Positions 36,430-50,078 of a stretch of 64,000 nt of DNA are shown piece after piece. The first letter of the stretch is position 1. The number at the start of each line of letters is the position of its first letter. Position numbers and translations under genes: made by a program. This DNA comes from Carcharhinus longimanus (taxonomy: Eukaryota), in contig JASCQW010000061.1 in assembly GCA_030264375.1 (NCBI GenBank), positions 73,632,713 through 73,696,712 of the forward strand. The letters are read 5' to 3'. The notes below the pieces were generated by a model, which saw only the letters and a list, made by a program, of their open reading frames with translations, had not been told where the DNA came from and ran no database searches.

Positions 36430-39400
36430 GGTTCTTTATAAGGATTTTGACAATGATCCTTGCTCACAAATTATCTTCAATGAATGCTCCATTGTCTGAA
36501 CAAACCTTTCAGTGAGCACATTTGTGTCAAGGCAGCATAGTAACACAGAGGTTAGCACTGCTGCCTTACGGTTCAATTCTGGCCTCAGGTCTGTGTGAAA
36601 TTTATACATTCTGCATGGGTTTCTACTGGGTGCTCCAATTTCCTCCCATACTCCAAAGATGTGTGGGTTAACTTGATTGACCTTGCTAAATTGCCCCTTA
36701 CTATCAGGAGAATTAGGAGAGTAAATATGTGAGGTTGCAGGTATAGGCCCTGCATGGGATTGTTATCAGTGTTAGTTCAATGGACTGAATGGCCTCCTTC
36801 TGTACTCTAGGGATTCTACAATCCTATGATAAGGAGTGGATTGGATATGTTTGATTGTGGCCTCCTTAGATAATTTGTGAATCCTCGCGAGATGAACTTG
36901 ACATCCATAAGTTGTTCAGGGTAACCAAATCTTCCAAAAAAATCACCCAGTCTTTCTATTGTTCTCTCCGAGGATGTTGTCTTTATAATGGCAACTTCTG
37001 GCCATTTCAAGTGCACATCTACCATGATGAAACCATTCTTCAAATGGTCTGGCATAATCTATACAAGCTGTTTTTGGCCATTCCCATGGGTGTAAGGGTG
37101 GTAAGATTCAAATTTTTGCATAATCCATACATATCCGTGCCTTCTCCTTGATTTCACTACTGAACTCTGGCCACCAAAAATAGCTTTTGGCTATCTCCTT
37201 CTTGCTTACCATCCCACAATGACCTTCATGAAGTTGGATTACGACACATTTCATTACCAATGGTGATATGAATACTCTCACTCACCAAAGGAGGAAACCA
37301 CATTTGAGTCTTCGGGTAACATATGGCTTCAACACTGGACTTGCTCCTGCGGTTTCACCACAAAGTACCATGTCCATAACTTCTGACAATAGTAGATCAT
37401 TTCTGGTATACTTTTTAACTTGTCCTGCAGGAGTGTTGTCTACTTTTTTGAAATGGAAAATCGCTTGAACTATTCATTGACAACTCATTCGTTGAAGGTA
37501 ATATGAAGAGTCCATCAGCGTTCCCATGGAGATTTGATTGACGATGTTTTATCATGTATGTCTGTGCTGACAACAGCAATGCCCACCTCTGCATCTAGTT
37601 TGCTGCTAGAGATGGAATACCGGTGAATGGCCTGAGTATTGTTATCAATGGACAATGATCTGTTGGTAACGTAAATTTCCTTCCATATAGGTATTGGTAA
37701 AAACATTTGGTCCTTCCTTCTCTATCTGTGCATGGTTCACTTCTGCTTTGTTCAAGGATCTTGATGCAACCACTATTGGGCATTATGTGAGAACCACACT
37801 TCAATATTGGGTATTATGTGGGAAAACACTGCTCCCGCCCTGTAATCTGATGCATTGCAAGCCAGCTACAAAGGTAACTTCAGATCAAAATGTCAGTACT
37901 TCTGACTTTAATAGCTTCCTTAGCTTGTATGAAGGCCTTCTTGTACTGGTCCATCCATTTCCATTTCCTGTTCTGATACAATAAGTTGTGTAAAGGTTTG
38001 AGAATAGTTGCTAGATTAGGGATAAATCTTCCATAATAGTTCAATAAGCCTAAAAATGATGAGTGTTGGTTTACATTTTTAGGTGCAGGTGCCTCAGTTA
38101 TGGCTTTAATTTTGGAAAGTGATTTGCGCAATCCCTTTGCAACCATCACATGACCCAGATATTCAATAGAAGATTTGAACATTTAACCTTCTGTACTTGG
38201 AGAGTGCAATCTTCTAGTTTCTAGAGTGTAGCATCTAAATTTTAAAGATGCTTTTCTTCATTCTTTCCAGTAACTAAGATATCATCTTAGTAATACTGAA
38301 CTCCTTCTAGTCTATTTACAATTGGATCAATTGAAACAACATAGATGCAGTTATGATGCTAAATGAAAGCCTTTTTTTTATTTGAATAACCCTTTATATG
38401 TCACAATTGTCAAATGTTGTTGTGAATTTGGATCCACAGTTATCTAGAGATGAGCTTGACTAAGGTCAACTTAATTGAAATGCTGGCCTCCAGCAACCCA
38501 ATAAATAAATCATCAATTAAAGGCACAGGACACTGCTGTGCACATAGTACTAGGTTGGTGGTGACTATCAGCATGGCCCAATCACTTACATTAATGGGCT
38601 TAAGGACCCCCACTTGACCAGACTCCCTACTTCTGCCTCAACTTTAGGCCTGATTGCCTACAGCATTGATCTAACCTTTAAACATCTTGCTTGGCTTTCA
38701 TCCTTAATCTTTAGTTTGACTGTGATCTCTTTCATGCTCCCCAGCTCTCCATTAAAGACAGTAGCATGTTTCTTTAAAATCTTCAGTAAACTCCTACATG
38801 AGATTCACCTTGGCTGAATTTAATTTGATTCCCTCCAGCCAGGTTCTCCCAAGATTAGGGTTAGCTTTAACAATGTACAGGAACAAGTCTGCAGTCTGTC
38901 AATTTAGCTGCATGTTTACATTGATATGGCCCCTCAACTGAACCATTTCTCCAATATAGACTTTTATTGTTATCCTTGAGGGTTTAAGGTGATATGTTGT
39001 AGTTTTTCTTACTAATCAATTTCAAATTCCAGCAAAACCGCTGCTCTGGTCTCTACCTCCATTTTCACCAGTTGTCCATCCAGTAAAGCAATGACCGAGT
39101 AACAGTTTGTTGCATCCACAATGACCAGTACATTCGACAACAGTTCATTATTTGACTGTGACTCTGCTCCTTTCTCATGCCCTTTTTGTATCCCATGGAT
39201 CCTTTTTCCTCTTTCAGTTTTCCATTTGATACATTTGGTTCTTGCTTTATATAATTCTTGTTTTGAACCTGTTGTTTCTTTCTCAAACATGCATGTTCAA
39301 TGTGCCGTTTTTTATCACAATTCCTACATTTTATATCTTTGCACCTTGTCTTTGCACAGTAACTAGTCACTGTGCTCAGTTTTTGCACATTGGTGGCAAT
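36430..39400 (-). mobile_element. Gypsy (Mag-like) LTR retrotransposon internal region, decayed gag-PR-RT-RH-IN
   Basis: CRNCDKKRHIEHAC knuckle; LDGQLVKMEVETRAAV protease; IEYLGH..APAPKNV..FLGLLNYYGRFIPNLATILKPLHNLL; VDVHLKWPEV..FGRFGYPEQL; ERFVQT; no LTR seen. Confidence 0.92.
36531..36830 (+). mobile_element. HE1 V-SINE inserted in the Gypsy integrase
   Basis: Head, V domain and tail; splits the integrase STPYH|..TN..ERFVQT motif. Confidence 0.85.
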
Positions 39401-39653
39401 TTCAAAGCTATGTCTGTGTTTGGGTCTCAGCCGATACTTTATGGACTTTCGGGCTTGAGCCTAATAATTGGGCTTCCTTACTTGCCAATTCCATAGCTAT
39501 CACAACTTATAAAACCTTCTTTAGGCTTAAATTGAAATGAAACAGTCATCAGGATTGTGGGTGAGATGCCACTCAACCTTTTAGCTGAAGGAACAGGAAC
39601 TCAGGTGCATCATAAAATCCAACTCATAAGATCACCACCACCTAGAATTTCAC

Positions 39654-39872
39654 CTCCAAGTCATTCTTCATCCTGACTTGAAACAAGATCACCATTCCTT
39701 CACGGCTGCCTTGTCAAAATCCTGGAACTCCCTCCCTAACAGCACGGTGGTCTATTTACACCACATGGACTGCTGAAGGCAGCTCAGCACCACCTTCTCA
39801 ATGACAATTAGAGATGGGAAGAAATGCTGGCCTTTCCAGGGCTCTCCATATCCCAAGAACAAACAAACAAAA
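39654..39872 (+). mobile_element. CR1 3' end
   Basis: CATCCTGACTTG..CCTGGAACTCCCTCCCTAACAGCAC..AAATGCTGGCC. Confidence 0.8.
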
Positions 39873-39989
39873 GTGCCACATCATAAGCTTCTTACAAAGG
39901 ATTAAAGGGTCAGTGGCTTCTTGGATACAAAATTGATCGAGAGGGAAAAGCAGACAGTATTTGTGAATGGCTGTTTATTAGACAGGAGA

Positions 39990-40398
39990 GAATCACAGAT
40001 TCATAGAATTGTTACGGTGCAGAAGGAGGCCATTTGTCCAATTGTGTTTGCACTGGCCTTCCAACTGATCAACTCACCTAGTTCCATTTACCTGCCTTCT
40101 CCCTGTAACCCCGCACATTCTTCCTTCTCAGATAACAATTTACTTTCCCTCTGAATGCTTCAATTGAACCTGCCCCCACCATACTCGCAGATAGTGTATT
40201 CCACAACCTAACCATTCACTGCATGAAAATGTTTTTCCACATTTGTTTCTTTAACTGATTGGTTTAAATCAGTGCCCTTTTATTCTTGATTCTTTCATGA
40301 GAAGGAACAATTTCTTCCTCTCTACTCCGTCCAGACCCCTCATGGTTTTGAATACCTCTACCAGATCTCTTCTTAGCCTTCTTTACTCCAAAGAAAAC
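39990..40398 (-). mobile_element. CR1 3' end
   Basis: CATAGAATTGTTACGGTGCAGAAGGAGGCCATT tail and RT C-terminus on the reverse strand. Confidence 0.85.
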
Positions 40399-41094
40399 AT
40401 TTTATAGCTGCCATTTTATAATGCATCACTTGTCAGCTATCAGTAGGTTTCCCTACTGGAAAGCAGCCCCCACAATGGAATTGCAAACATCTCCCATTCG
40501 TGCCACCAGCACTTTTAAATGGTTCCACTGTCAGAAATAGCACATCCCAACTGACAAAATTTCACCCATCGTGACAATTCTGTGGATCACGCCTTGAAAA
40601 GGATGTCAAAACCTTGGCGAGGTTGCAATGAGATCTATTAGAATTATACTTGAGATGTGGATCTTCAGTTCTCAATGGAATCTGACAGCTCATATTCCAA
40701 GATTAATTTGGGCAGTGTCCATAAATCAGCACATTTTTTGCTTTCCATAAAAAGATCTGAAATTTAAAAAATGATATTATGTTAACAGAAGCAAATAACA
40801 CGTTAGCAGCACTAATTAATCTGGATAGAAAATACATTCACTTCAGAAGTGACAATCAAAATATATATTAAAAATCAATTTGTTTACAATTGTATTCCAT
40901 TGAAGGTTCAAGGATATGCTCTTAAATACATATTGGTGTTTATGTGGAGAAATCTCCTACAAGTATTCATACAACAGCATCACCTCCTTTTATGGATATT
41001 AGCGGGAGTGGGGCAAAGGCTTTGAGGAGACTCAAAAAATCAGTTTGCTGATGTTGGGAAATCAGTTTGGAATCTTGTTTTCCAAACTTGCGTA

Positions 41095-41907
41095 ATTTGC
41101 TTTGATTGCTACATGTGTTGGGATACAGTGAAAAGTATTGTTACTTGGGCACTGTAGAGGCAAAACATACCATTCATAGAGTACATAGGGGAGAAGGAAA
41201 AGGATAGAGTGCAGAATATATTGTTGCAATTACAGGTAGGGTGAAGAGAAAGATCAGCTTAATATAAAATATTCATAGGATTGAGAGAAATCAGAGTGTA
41301 CTACCAGCTTAATATATGATAGGACCATTCAAAAGTCTGGTGACAGCAGGGAAGAAGGTATTCTTGAGTCAGTTGATACGTGTTTTCAGACTTGTGTATT
41401 TTTTCCCTGCTGGAAGCAGGTAGAAGAGAGTCACTGGAATTCTATGACCCAAACAGCCACGGAATCAGAGCGGGCAAGGGGCAGACAACAAAAATGTCCA
41501 TTGACCTCTGATGGGAATTTTCTGTCTCACTTGAGCAAGTCCACAAAATCTCACCCAGTATGTCCTGGGTGTGCGGGGTGCTTGATTATGCTTTTTTGAA
41601 GCAGCGATAAGTGTAGAGGGAGTCAATGGATAGGAGGCTGGTTTGCGTGATGCACTGGGCTATGTTCACAACCCTTGATAATTTTTTGCAGCCTTAGTCA
41701 GAGCAGGAGCCATATCAAGCTGTGATGGATCTAGAAAGGATGCTTTCAGTGGTGCATCTGTAAAAATTGATGAGAGTCATAGTGGACTTATTGAATTTCC
41801 TTAGCCTCCTGAGAATGTAGATGCATTGGTGGGCTTTCTTAACTATATCATTGGGTGGGGGTCTGGGACAGGTTTTTGGCGATCTGGACACTTAGAACCT
41901 TGAAGCT
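41095..41907 (-). mobile_element. Rex1/Babar LINE 3' end, copy 1
   Basis: FKVLSVQI..VKKAHQCIYILRRLRKF..NFYRCTTESILS..LKNTFFPAVTRLLNG; interrupted by a MITE. Confidence 0.88.
41432..41556 (+). mobile_element. ~125-bp Harbinger-type MITE
   Basis: 3-bp TSD AGT (41429-41431, 41557-41559); similar to 49952-50078 and to the reverse of 58603-58723. Confidence 0.8.
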
Positions 41908-42429
41908 AATGGTGAGTTAATGGTGGGTCAGCCTTCCTGCTGATGTTCATCAGAAACCCCTTTTGTATCTTACGAGTGATCATTAAAACCCTGACAGCCT
42001 GTTAAGTTTTCCACCCCACCGGCAGGAATTTACACTGTTCACCATAAGTGGCATGAACTTGGTAAGGGAAACATTCAGGAATTACTGAGCAGACGATGCT
42101 ACCCCCATCATTCCCAAAGACCACTCTTGTGTACCTGGAGACAAAATGCAGGAGATAATATGCATAGAAACAGAGGATGTTAGGGTAGGGGGTTGGAAAG
42201 CTGCAAGGAGGCTGGAAAGAATGAAGTGAATGAGAATGGGGGGCACAAAGGGGTGTGAAAGACACAAAGAGGTGCAGGAGGCACGAAGTGGGGGTATAGT
42301 GTGCGAAGAAGTGGGACAGACCACTACAAAGGAGGAGTGGAAGGTACGATGTACATGGGCAGCGGTGGGGGCTGGGGGGGTGGGGGTTTTGGGGGGGGCG
42401 GTGATGTTTGTGTAGTGTATGGGAAAGGA

Positions 42430-42800
42430 GAACAAAATACTTCATGGGGTGGACTCCGTAGAGTTGATGGTGGAGTTTTGGGTCACAATACACGAGTCAA
42501 TGGTGATAGAGGGAAGTTGGCTGGCGACAGGAAGAGGGTAAAAGGTGATCTGCAAGGAGATGCATATCATCTCCGTAATGTCCAGTTGCAATATATCAAA
42601 GTGGGAGGAGGATCTACTCAGGTGAGTGGGGCTCAAGGTCAGCACATCTAGCCAACTAAAGGGCATCCTTTTAATGATGGGAGAACTGTACAAGAACTAT
42701 GGTGATTTGAAATTCTCACTGTATGGTGCAGCCCACAAAGCCACAGATATGAGCCAGAGGCTCCTTATAACATCCAGATCCCGGCAAGGGAGAGTCACTT
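42430..42800 (+). mobile_element. Possible L1/Tx1 ORF2 relic
   Basis: LG...KRVKGDLQ resembles the post-RT L1 motif; heavily decayed. Confidence 0.3.
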
Positions 42801-43199
42801 GTCATTGGCTATAGTCGGGGTAGGGATAAAGGGAGGGATGGAAGTGGGTGTCTACAAGGGGCATGGCTGGTGAATGGAACCAACTTACAATGACAAACCC
42901 CAATCCTCCTGCGTTCATGCTGTTAGTCCATCTATTATGATAGGCCAGTCTCCCTCTCAAGTCAAGCAAAATTATGAGGGAGAGAGGCTTTTTTCATATG
43001 CTTCTCACCATCCTGATCAAAGAGCGATGTCTCCACGCATGTATTAACTAGAGGAACATCCACCCAAGGTCCCTCAGGATGTTCTTCACCTGGAAGAGCT
43101 GGAATGCATGCATTCATTAAAGTAACTAGCAGAAAGATGGAACCTAGAAGACCTCAAAATCGTGCAAGTTAACATATATTTACAAGTGCAGAACAATGT

Positions 43200-44477
43200 A
43201 CAATATTAGTACATCTTTGCCACCAGTGTGCATTCAAAACTTTGTTCATTTTTCTTTCTCTATCACAATGGCTGAGTGCATCCCCAACATCCACAGCAGA
43301 GATGGAAGCAGCCTGTTGACTGCTATGTCCGATGTCTCAAATGACTGTGGCAGGCATCCTCTGGAGGTCTGAGGCCTCAAGGGCCATGGCCTGCTAAAGG
43401 CTACCTGCTGTGGGACAAGTGCACCCTTCTCAGTCTGACCAGCTGAAATTGTTGGGGTCACAGGCAGAGTGGATTTGGATTGTCCTGGGTTGGTGCCCCT
43501 GGGATATCTGCCTAACAATCCTGTTCCCTTTAGATGCCCAAGGATCCCTCCCTGACTCTTTGAGAGGAAAGTTGAGATGACCTGTTCCTCTCTCACTTAG
43601 CCATTGCTGAAATGCACTCTTGGCTAGATTGATGGAATGCAGGTCTGAGCACATAGCCAGCAGAAGCTGCTGGGCCTGGGTCGCTGAGGCCAGCGGAAGA
43701 AGGCCATTCAGCCCATAGAACTTGCACTGATAATAATCCCGCCTGGCCTTACCCTCTTAACCCCATGTATTTACTCTGCTTATCCCCCTGACATAAGGGG
43801 CGATTTTGTATGGTCAATCAATCTAACCTGCACATCTTTGGACTGTGGGAGGAAACTAGAGCACTCGAAGTAAACCCACATAGATACAAGGACAATATGC
43901 AAATCCCATACAGTCACCCAAGGCCAGAATTGAACCCAAGTCTCTGGTACTGTGAGGCAGCAAGGTTAACCACTTTGTAACCATGCCACACTATCGGAAC
44001 AGATGAGATCATTTATCCATTTCCTGTACTGCAAGGCTGTCCCTTTTTGGGACCCATGGGCACTGACCACCTTCATCTCCTCCTCCCTGGCCACTGTGGT
44101 CAGACAGGAGCACCTCTACTCCTTTACCTCAGAAAGAGAACATCTCACCTTTCCTCAGTGACTTGGAGGAGAATCTCCAGGGAGGCATGTGGGGCTAGAG
44201 CTTACTGTCTTCGACTTGACGTTTCCCCAGTCTCTGAAGATTCTGGCACACTGAATGATTACTCAGATACTTTTCCAATAAGGAGCCTGCACATGACAGC
44301 GACAAGATGACTTCCTACTTGCCACGCTATGTGATGTGACACAATTCTCATGGCTATATAACTAAAAAGCTGAAGAGTGCATGATTCACTGTGATAACCC
44401 ATCCTGCTCTCCAGTTGAAGACGTTTTGACTTTGCTCCTAGACATGGGACTTTGACCCAAAGTGGAAAATTTTAGCC
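43200..44477 (-). mobile_element. Harbinger remnant 4 (Myb-partner C-terminal region)
   Basis: Composition and motifs similar to the Myb-partner 3' regions elsewhere in the window; TIR-like GAAAATTTTAGCC end. Confidence 0.4.
43695..43991 (-). mobile_element. HE1 V-SINE
   Basis: V domain TTTGGACTGTGGGAGGAAAC..., head at 43960-43991. Confidence 0.88.
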
Positions 44478-44939
44478 ACACTCTCCAAATTGAATTGGTT
44501 ACTCCCATTAAAGGAAGTATTTGCAAAGAGAAGTTTCTATTCATGCTATATATATATATATATCCAAAGATCCGTGCACTGATAAGGAACGTGCTTCACT
44601 CATTTCTCAGATAACCACATCGGCATATTCGCATTCCCTGCAAGCACCCTTGGAGTTTGTCTTCTGAAGCAAGGCTGAGCAGACTGGCCCAACGTTCATT
44701 GGAGTTAAGAGGAATGAAAAGTGATCTGACTGAAATAAGATTTTCAGAGAACTTGACAGGATAGGTGCTGAGAGAATCTAAAAATAGGGAGCACCATTTG
44801 AAAATAAGAGATGTCCTATCTAAGATGGAGAAGAGAGGGAATCTTTTCTCTCCGAGGCATTCCAGTCACATCATAGCTCCAACAAGTTAGAAAGTAGCAA
44901 GTACTCCCTTGTGCCAAGAGTCCACTGTTTCATTGAGTA

Positions 44940-45390
44940 TTTTTAAAATTTATCCTGATATATAAACATCGCTGACAAGCTCAACATTTTGCTCCCTGAG
45001 GTCTTTGGGAAGTCATGATGTGGGAATGCCGGCGTTGGACTGGCGAAGAGGCAGTCCCCTCAAAAGCTTGTGAGTATTATCAAATAAATCGGTTAGACTA
45101 AAACCTGGTGTTGTCAGACTTTTTACTGTCTTTGGGAAGGTCATGGTAGCTCACCTACATCAATCTGATCTGAGTATACTTACTGTGCTTTTAAGGAGGG
45201 AGTTCCAAGATTTTGAACTGGTGACAGTGAAGGAACGGCAGTACACTTTCAATAGTCATCGTCTAAAATAGCGAATAACTTGCATGGGAAGTTGAAGTTG
45301 ATGATGCTCCTACGCACCTGCTACCCTTGTCCATCTAGACGTAGGAGTTGTGGGTTTAGGAAATGTTGTTAAAGAAATCTTGGCGACATA
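44940..45390 (-). mobile_element. CR1 3' end interrupted by a Penelope-derived insert
   Basis: GGAGGGAGTTCCAAGATTTTGA..GACAGTGAAGGAACGGC..CACCTGCTACCCTTGTCC. Confidence 0.75.
45013..45127 (-). mobile_element. Short Penelope-derived insert (inverted arm + tail only)
   Basis: TSD GTCTTTGGGAAG at 45001-45012 and 45128-45139; same two termini as 657-844 and 53624-53821. Confidence 0.85.
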
Positions 45391-45854
45391 GTCCGCTCTC
45401 TAATTATAAAGCAAAAGTCATCAGGGAGACTGCTTTACAGCAAGTGTTTCCACCTCTCCAGCGCAGTCAAGATCCAGTGTATACCTGAGGGCCAGTAGAT
45501 CAAGTGAGATGAGCCATACTTATCTCCTATAGCATGGTCCAGGTCAGGGAGAACAGCACAGCTTCTAGAAGAATGTGCAGAAGTTTTCTAATCTCTTTCA
45601 TAAAGAGAGTGGGAACGAGAAAACATACCTGGTCCTGGAGGATGGGTTTAACAATCTCCCTCTCTCAAATAGCATGATTGACATGCAGACCTAAGATAAC
45701 CTCATTGTGACACTTGTACCCATGGACCACATGCACAACCTCCCTCCCCTTAACCCTGTGGTGTTAAAAATGGAGGGCAATTGCAGTAATCCCAGTGTAA
45801 ATGTTTGGATCAGGTCCCAAGGAATACTGGAATCATTATTTTCTCTGTTTCTTT

Positions 45855-46098
45855 GGGCACGGTAGCTGTCTGCGTGGGTTTCCTCCAGGTGCTCCGGTTT
45901 CCTCCCACAGTTCAAAGATGTGAGAGTTAGGTTGATTGGCTATGCTAAGAAATTGCCCCTAGTGTCCAGGGATGTGTAGGTTAGAGGGATTAGTGGGTAA
46001 AATATGTAGGGATATGGGGTAGGGCCTGGGTGGGATTGTGTTTGGTGCAGACTCAATGGGCCACAGGGCCCCTCTCTACACTGTAGGGTTCTATGATC
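45855..46098 (+). mobile_element. HE1 V-SINE with internal deletion of the head
   Basis: GGGCACGGTAGC joined directly to TGTCTGCGTGGGTTTCCTCC; CR1-type tail. Confidence 0.88.
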
Positions 46099-47132
46099 TG
46101 AACTCCTCAATCAGCTCACTCTGCAGTCCCCTCTCTTTATACATCAGCTACTTCCTTTCTCAATATATAGACCAAATTACTTTACACCCAACCTGATCAT
46201 AGAACTCTCCTGATTCCACCCGTTCTACTCTACAGATATAGTTCAGCCTCCAATTATAGCCTCATTCATTAGAAATACATCACAACAGGATTAACTCAGA
46301 TCATTTAATTATTTGAATCAATTATCCAATTAAATGCAGCGTTGCATGATTTTGAACCAAATGGACAATCTTCCCCAAGTATAAATAGTCCTCCTTTGTT
46401 TCTGATCTCCTCAATATGCTGGAGAACAAACCTTTCATGAAGATTTGAGTGTAAGCTTCTTTATGGTTTCATATCAGAGTCCTCAGGGATCTTTTCCATA
46501 TTGCTCAAAATTTTGTCAGGATATGATTTCTTTCTCAGTTCAGTTTTCAAATTATTTTGGTCATCATAAAAGTCCAGGGCAACATGGGAAACAATTGTTT
46601 CTCCTTCATCTTTGGTTTCTAATCCAAGAAAAATGATTCCTTTCAAAAGCTTTGTGCTCTCATGTGCACCCAAATTTTCATAACATTGTCTTTCATAGAT
46701 TCTCCCACCCCTCCATTGTTTGTGGGGCTATTGGGGATTGTCAGCTATTCTATAGGAAAGTTGCCGCCATGGATTAAATAGCCACCCACTCAAGGTTATG
46801 TTGAAAGATAGCAACAATACTTCATACTTCCTGATGTAATTTGACTGCACTATTGTTTTACATTCATGGGTTAAAAAGGTAACAGAGTCAAATATTCAGC
46901 AGGATGGATGAAGGATAATTCAACCAATTTAAGCATACAGCTTATTTGGAATTTTAGAATTACTTGATAACGGAAATCACCAGGCTTGTATCAAAAAGTT
47001 AAATGTTGTCATCCAATGGGAGGAAGTTTGGAATTTGCACCATGAGCTTCAACATTAGCAATGAAAGGGAAATATGAGGAATGCTTACATGAGAAAGATT
47101 ATGTGGCAAAAACTTTACTCTAACTTTATTCT

Positions 47133-47415
47133 GGGTGGCACGGTGGCACATTGGTTAGAACTGCTGCCTCACAGTGCCAGAAACCTAAGTTCAATTCCCG
47201 GCTTGGGTCACTGTCTGCGTGGAGTTTGCATGTTCTCCACATGCCTGTGCGGGTTTCCTCCAGGTGCTCTGTTTCCTCGCACAGTATCAAAGACATGCTG
47301 GTTAGGTGCATTGGCCCAAACAGATGCTGGGCTGTGGCAAGTAGGGGAATTTCACAGTAACTTCATTCAATGTTAATGTAAGCCTTATTTGTGACTTATA
47401 AATAAATAAATAAAC
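47133..47415 (+). mobile_element. V-SINE with alternative tail
   Basis: Full head and V domain; TTTCACAGTAACTTCATT..TTGTGACTTATAAATAAATAAA. Confidence 0.9.
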
Positions 47416-49119
47416 ATAAAGTAAGGGCTCCACAGGCTTCTCACAAAGCTTCTCTACACTGATAAGAATAGCATTCTATGCAGAGCTTCAAATATTCAGG
47501 GAAGTTACAGTTTGAGATACTTGCAATGCTAGAAGCTGACGTAAAGGAACATCAGTACTCTAAACTGCTCTGCCCGTGGCTGTCAAAGTGAGAGCACCCA
47601 TTAATTTTCTGGCTACTTGGTTCTTTCAGGCACCAGTAGGTGATTTATTTTCTTGTGTATAAGATAAGGCACCATGTCCACCTGCATTCAAGAGGTGACT
47701 GATGCACTGTTCTAGAAGGCTCACAGGTCCATCCATTTCACAAAAATGGAAGAGAAGCAGTTAGGGCATCATGCAAAGCATTAGTTTTTTTTGTAGTTTA
47801 CTGAACTCTATATAACTTAATCATTCAGAGAAACATCCAGCTAGACATTAATGAAGAACAGTCCTATGGCATGCCCATAGATGAAGAAGGATGTCAACAG
47901 GCTGCACCAGCAGATGAGGCAGCTTCGCACAAGAAATATTTTAGACCAAATGCGCACTTATTTTAATTGAGGGCATTGCATGTGCCAGTGTGATTGCAAT
48001 CATCCACTATTCAATATTTCTCCCATTTCAGGCTATTCAGAATTACTCATGAATCAATCATTGTTCAAAAGGTGTAGGTGAAGGTCACCTTTCTGTTTCC
48101 ACCTGAATTTCACAAAAACTTATCCATATTAATATTACATAAGTACAAATACATGGGAAATTCAAAACAAATTCATCAATGATGACTCTATGAATACTAT
48201 GTGATCAAAATAATTTATTTAATAGGAACTCTTATTTTGTTATTTTACCCTGTGGCATGTAGACACTTTTCAAAGCACATTAGGAGTTTGTTTTCTTTGT
48301 CCTTTGTGATGCATTGTGATAGCAGTTCCACTAAAGGAACTGTATTGATGAAATTTCAGATGTGAGAGTGGTTTGAAGTAGAAGTATCAGAATAGCTCAA
48401 ATCATTGTTGTAGGAAACTCAACACCTTTGAGTGGGGCATAAGTGGATTTATTACCTGGACTGTCCAACACTCAGGTCAAATCACTGACTTGAGAGTGAA
48501 GAATTGGTCAAAGGTGCTTTGCAGCTAATCCAGCTAATTGTCAGTCTGCCTTCCCTCACAATTCACTGCACTGTCACCAAGACCTTCAACCCCCGATTAT
48601 GAATCTGATTGGGTAATTGACTTCATGTCAAACATACCAGCAGTGAGAGCATTTTTGCTAGTATCTAACCATTTAACACATTTTTGTGGCATTATTGATT
48701 CTAAGGATACTGTCCTCTACTGGTCTGTACTTAATTACTCCAATTATTGTTAGAATAAGAGTAACAGGTATATTAATGCAGTAGTGAACGGGCTGATACC
48801 AGAATGTTGGGGAGCTGTTGGCTATAGAATTGTGTTTCTTAAAGAAGTCTTCATAATCTTCAGTAGGTTAACAGCATGTCTTTATCAACCTCTCGTAACT
48901 ATATATATACATATACAGTAATAGCTACAGGCATGGAGCTAACTCCATATTTAGGTCTTCACACATCTCTGCTCAACACTATGATTACCTTAGATTTGGG
49001 TAATGTGCCTTCTTACATCACTGTGTGGGCAGTGCTGCAGTACATTAACTGTCTATGTGCCAGACCCTTAGAGTACAATGAGGGCATCCAGTTTTTAAAA
49101 TATGAATGAGTAGCATATA

Positions 49120-49920
49120 CCATATAGAAGATGCACTGCAGCAAATCACCATGTCTCCTTCAGAGAGCACCTTCCAAACCCACCATTTTTACCACTTAAA
49201 AAGACAAAGGCAGCAGATGCAAGGGAACGCTACCACCTCCAAGCCACACACTATCCTCACTTGATACTATATTGCCATTCTTTCCTTGATGCTGGACCAA
49301 AAACCTGGAACTCCCTCCCAAACATCATTGTGGGTGTACCTTCAGCACAACAAGAACAGTGACCCTCCTCCATCTTCTCAAATAAGATTTACAAGGATGT
49401 TACAGGACTGGAAGATTTGAATTACAAGGAGAGGTTGGATAGGTTGGAACTTTTTTTCCTGGATCGTAGGAGGATGAGAGGTGTCTTTATAGAAGTTCAT
49501 AAAATTGTGAAGGGCATAGATAATGTGAACAGCCAAGGTCTTTTCCCCAGGGTAGTGGAGTCCAAAACTAGAGGGCATAAGTTTAAGGTGAGAGGGGAAA
49601 GATTTAAAAGGGACCTGAGGGGCAATTATTTCACACAGAGGGTGGTGTGTAATTGCAATGAGCTGCCAGAGAAGGTGTTAGAGGTGGGTACAATTGTAAC
49701 TTTTAAGAGACATTTGGACAGGTACACAGATGAGAAAGGCTTAGAGGGATATGGGCCAAATGCAGGCAAATGGGATCAGTTCAGTATAAGAAACCTGGTC
49801 AGCATGGATGAGTTGGGCTGAAGGGCCTGTTCTGTGCTGTATATCTCTATGATTTTATGATAGGTAATAAATACCAGCCTTGCCAACGATGTTCAAATCT
49901 CATGATGGAAGAGAAAAAAA
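49120..49920 (+). mobile_element. CR1 3' end, older, interrupted by another CR1
   Basis: AAGATGCACTGCAGC..CCTGGAACTCCCTCCC..; tail resumes at ~49860 TAATAAATACCAGCCTTGCCA. Confidence 0.75.
49378..49860 (+). mobile_element. CR1 RT C-terminus and tail
   Basis: ORF 49417-49821 YKERLDRLELF..SKTRGHKFKVRGERFKRDLRGNYFTQRVV..FKRHLDRY. Confidence 0.92.
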
Positions 49921-49951
49921 CTTACAGGTACGTCTGAAGTCATAAATCTAT

Positions 49952-50078
49952 GGCTGGAATTTTACTGTGCTGCCTGCCATGGGAATCCAAGCAGGTGAGG
50001 GTTGGGACATGGAGGCGTCTGTTGACTTTGGGTGGGATTGTACGATTTTGGGATGAGCGAGGCTATAAAATCCCATTC
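49952..50078 (+). mobile_element. ~125-bp Harbinger-type MITE
   Basis: TIRs GGCTGGAATTTTA / TAAAATCCCATTC; flanks TAT/TGT. Confidence 0.75.

Noticed and set aside
42002-42693. Cluster of overlapping ORFs
   Set aside because: G-rich, strand-biased sequence with few stop codons; at most a decayed LINE relic.
46100-46800. Coding-like minus-strand stretch (ORF 46461-46673)
   Set aside because: Could be a retroelement relic, but I found no motif strong enough to support a call.
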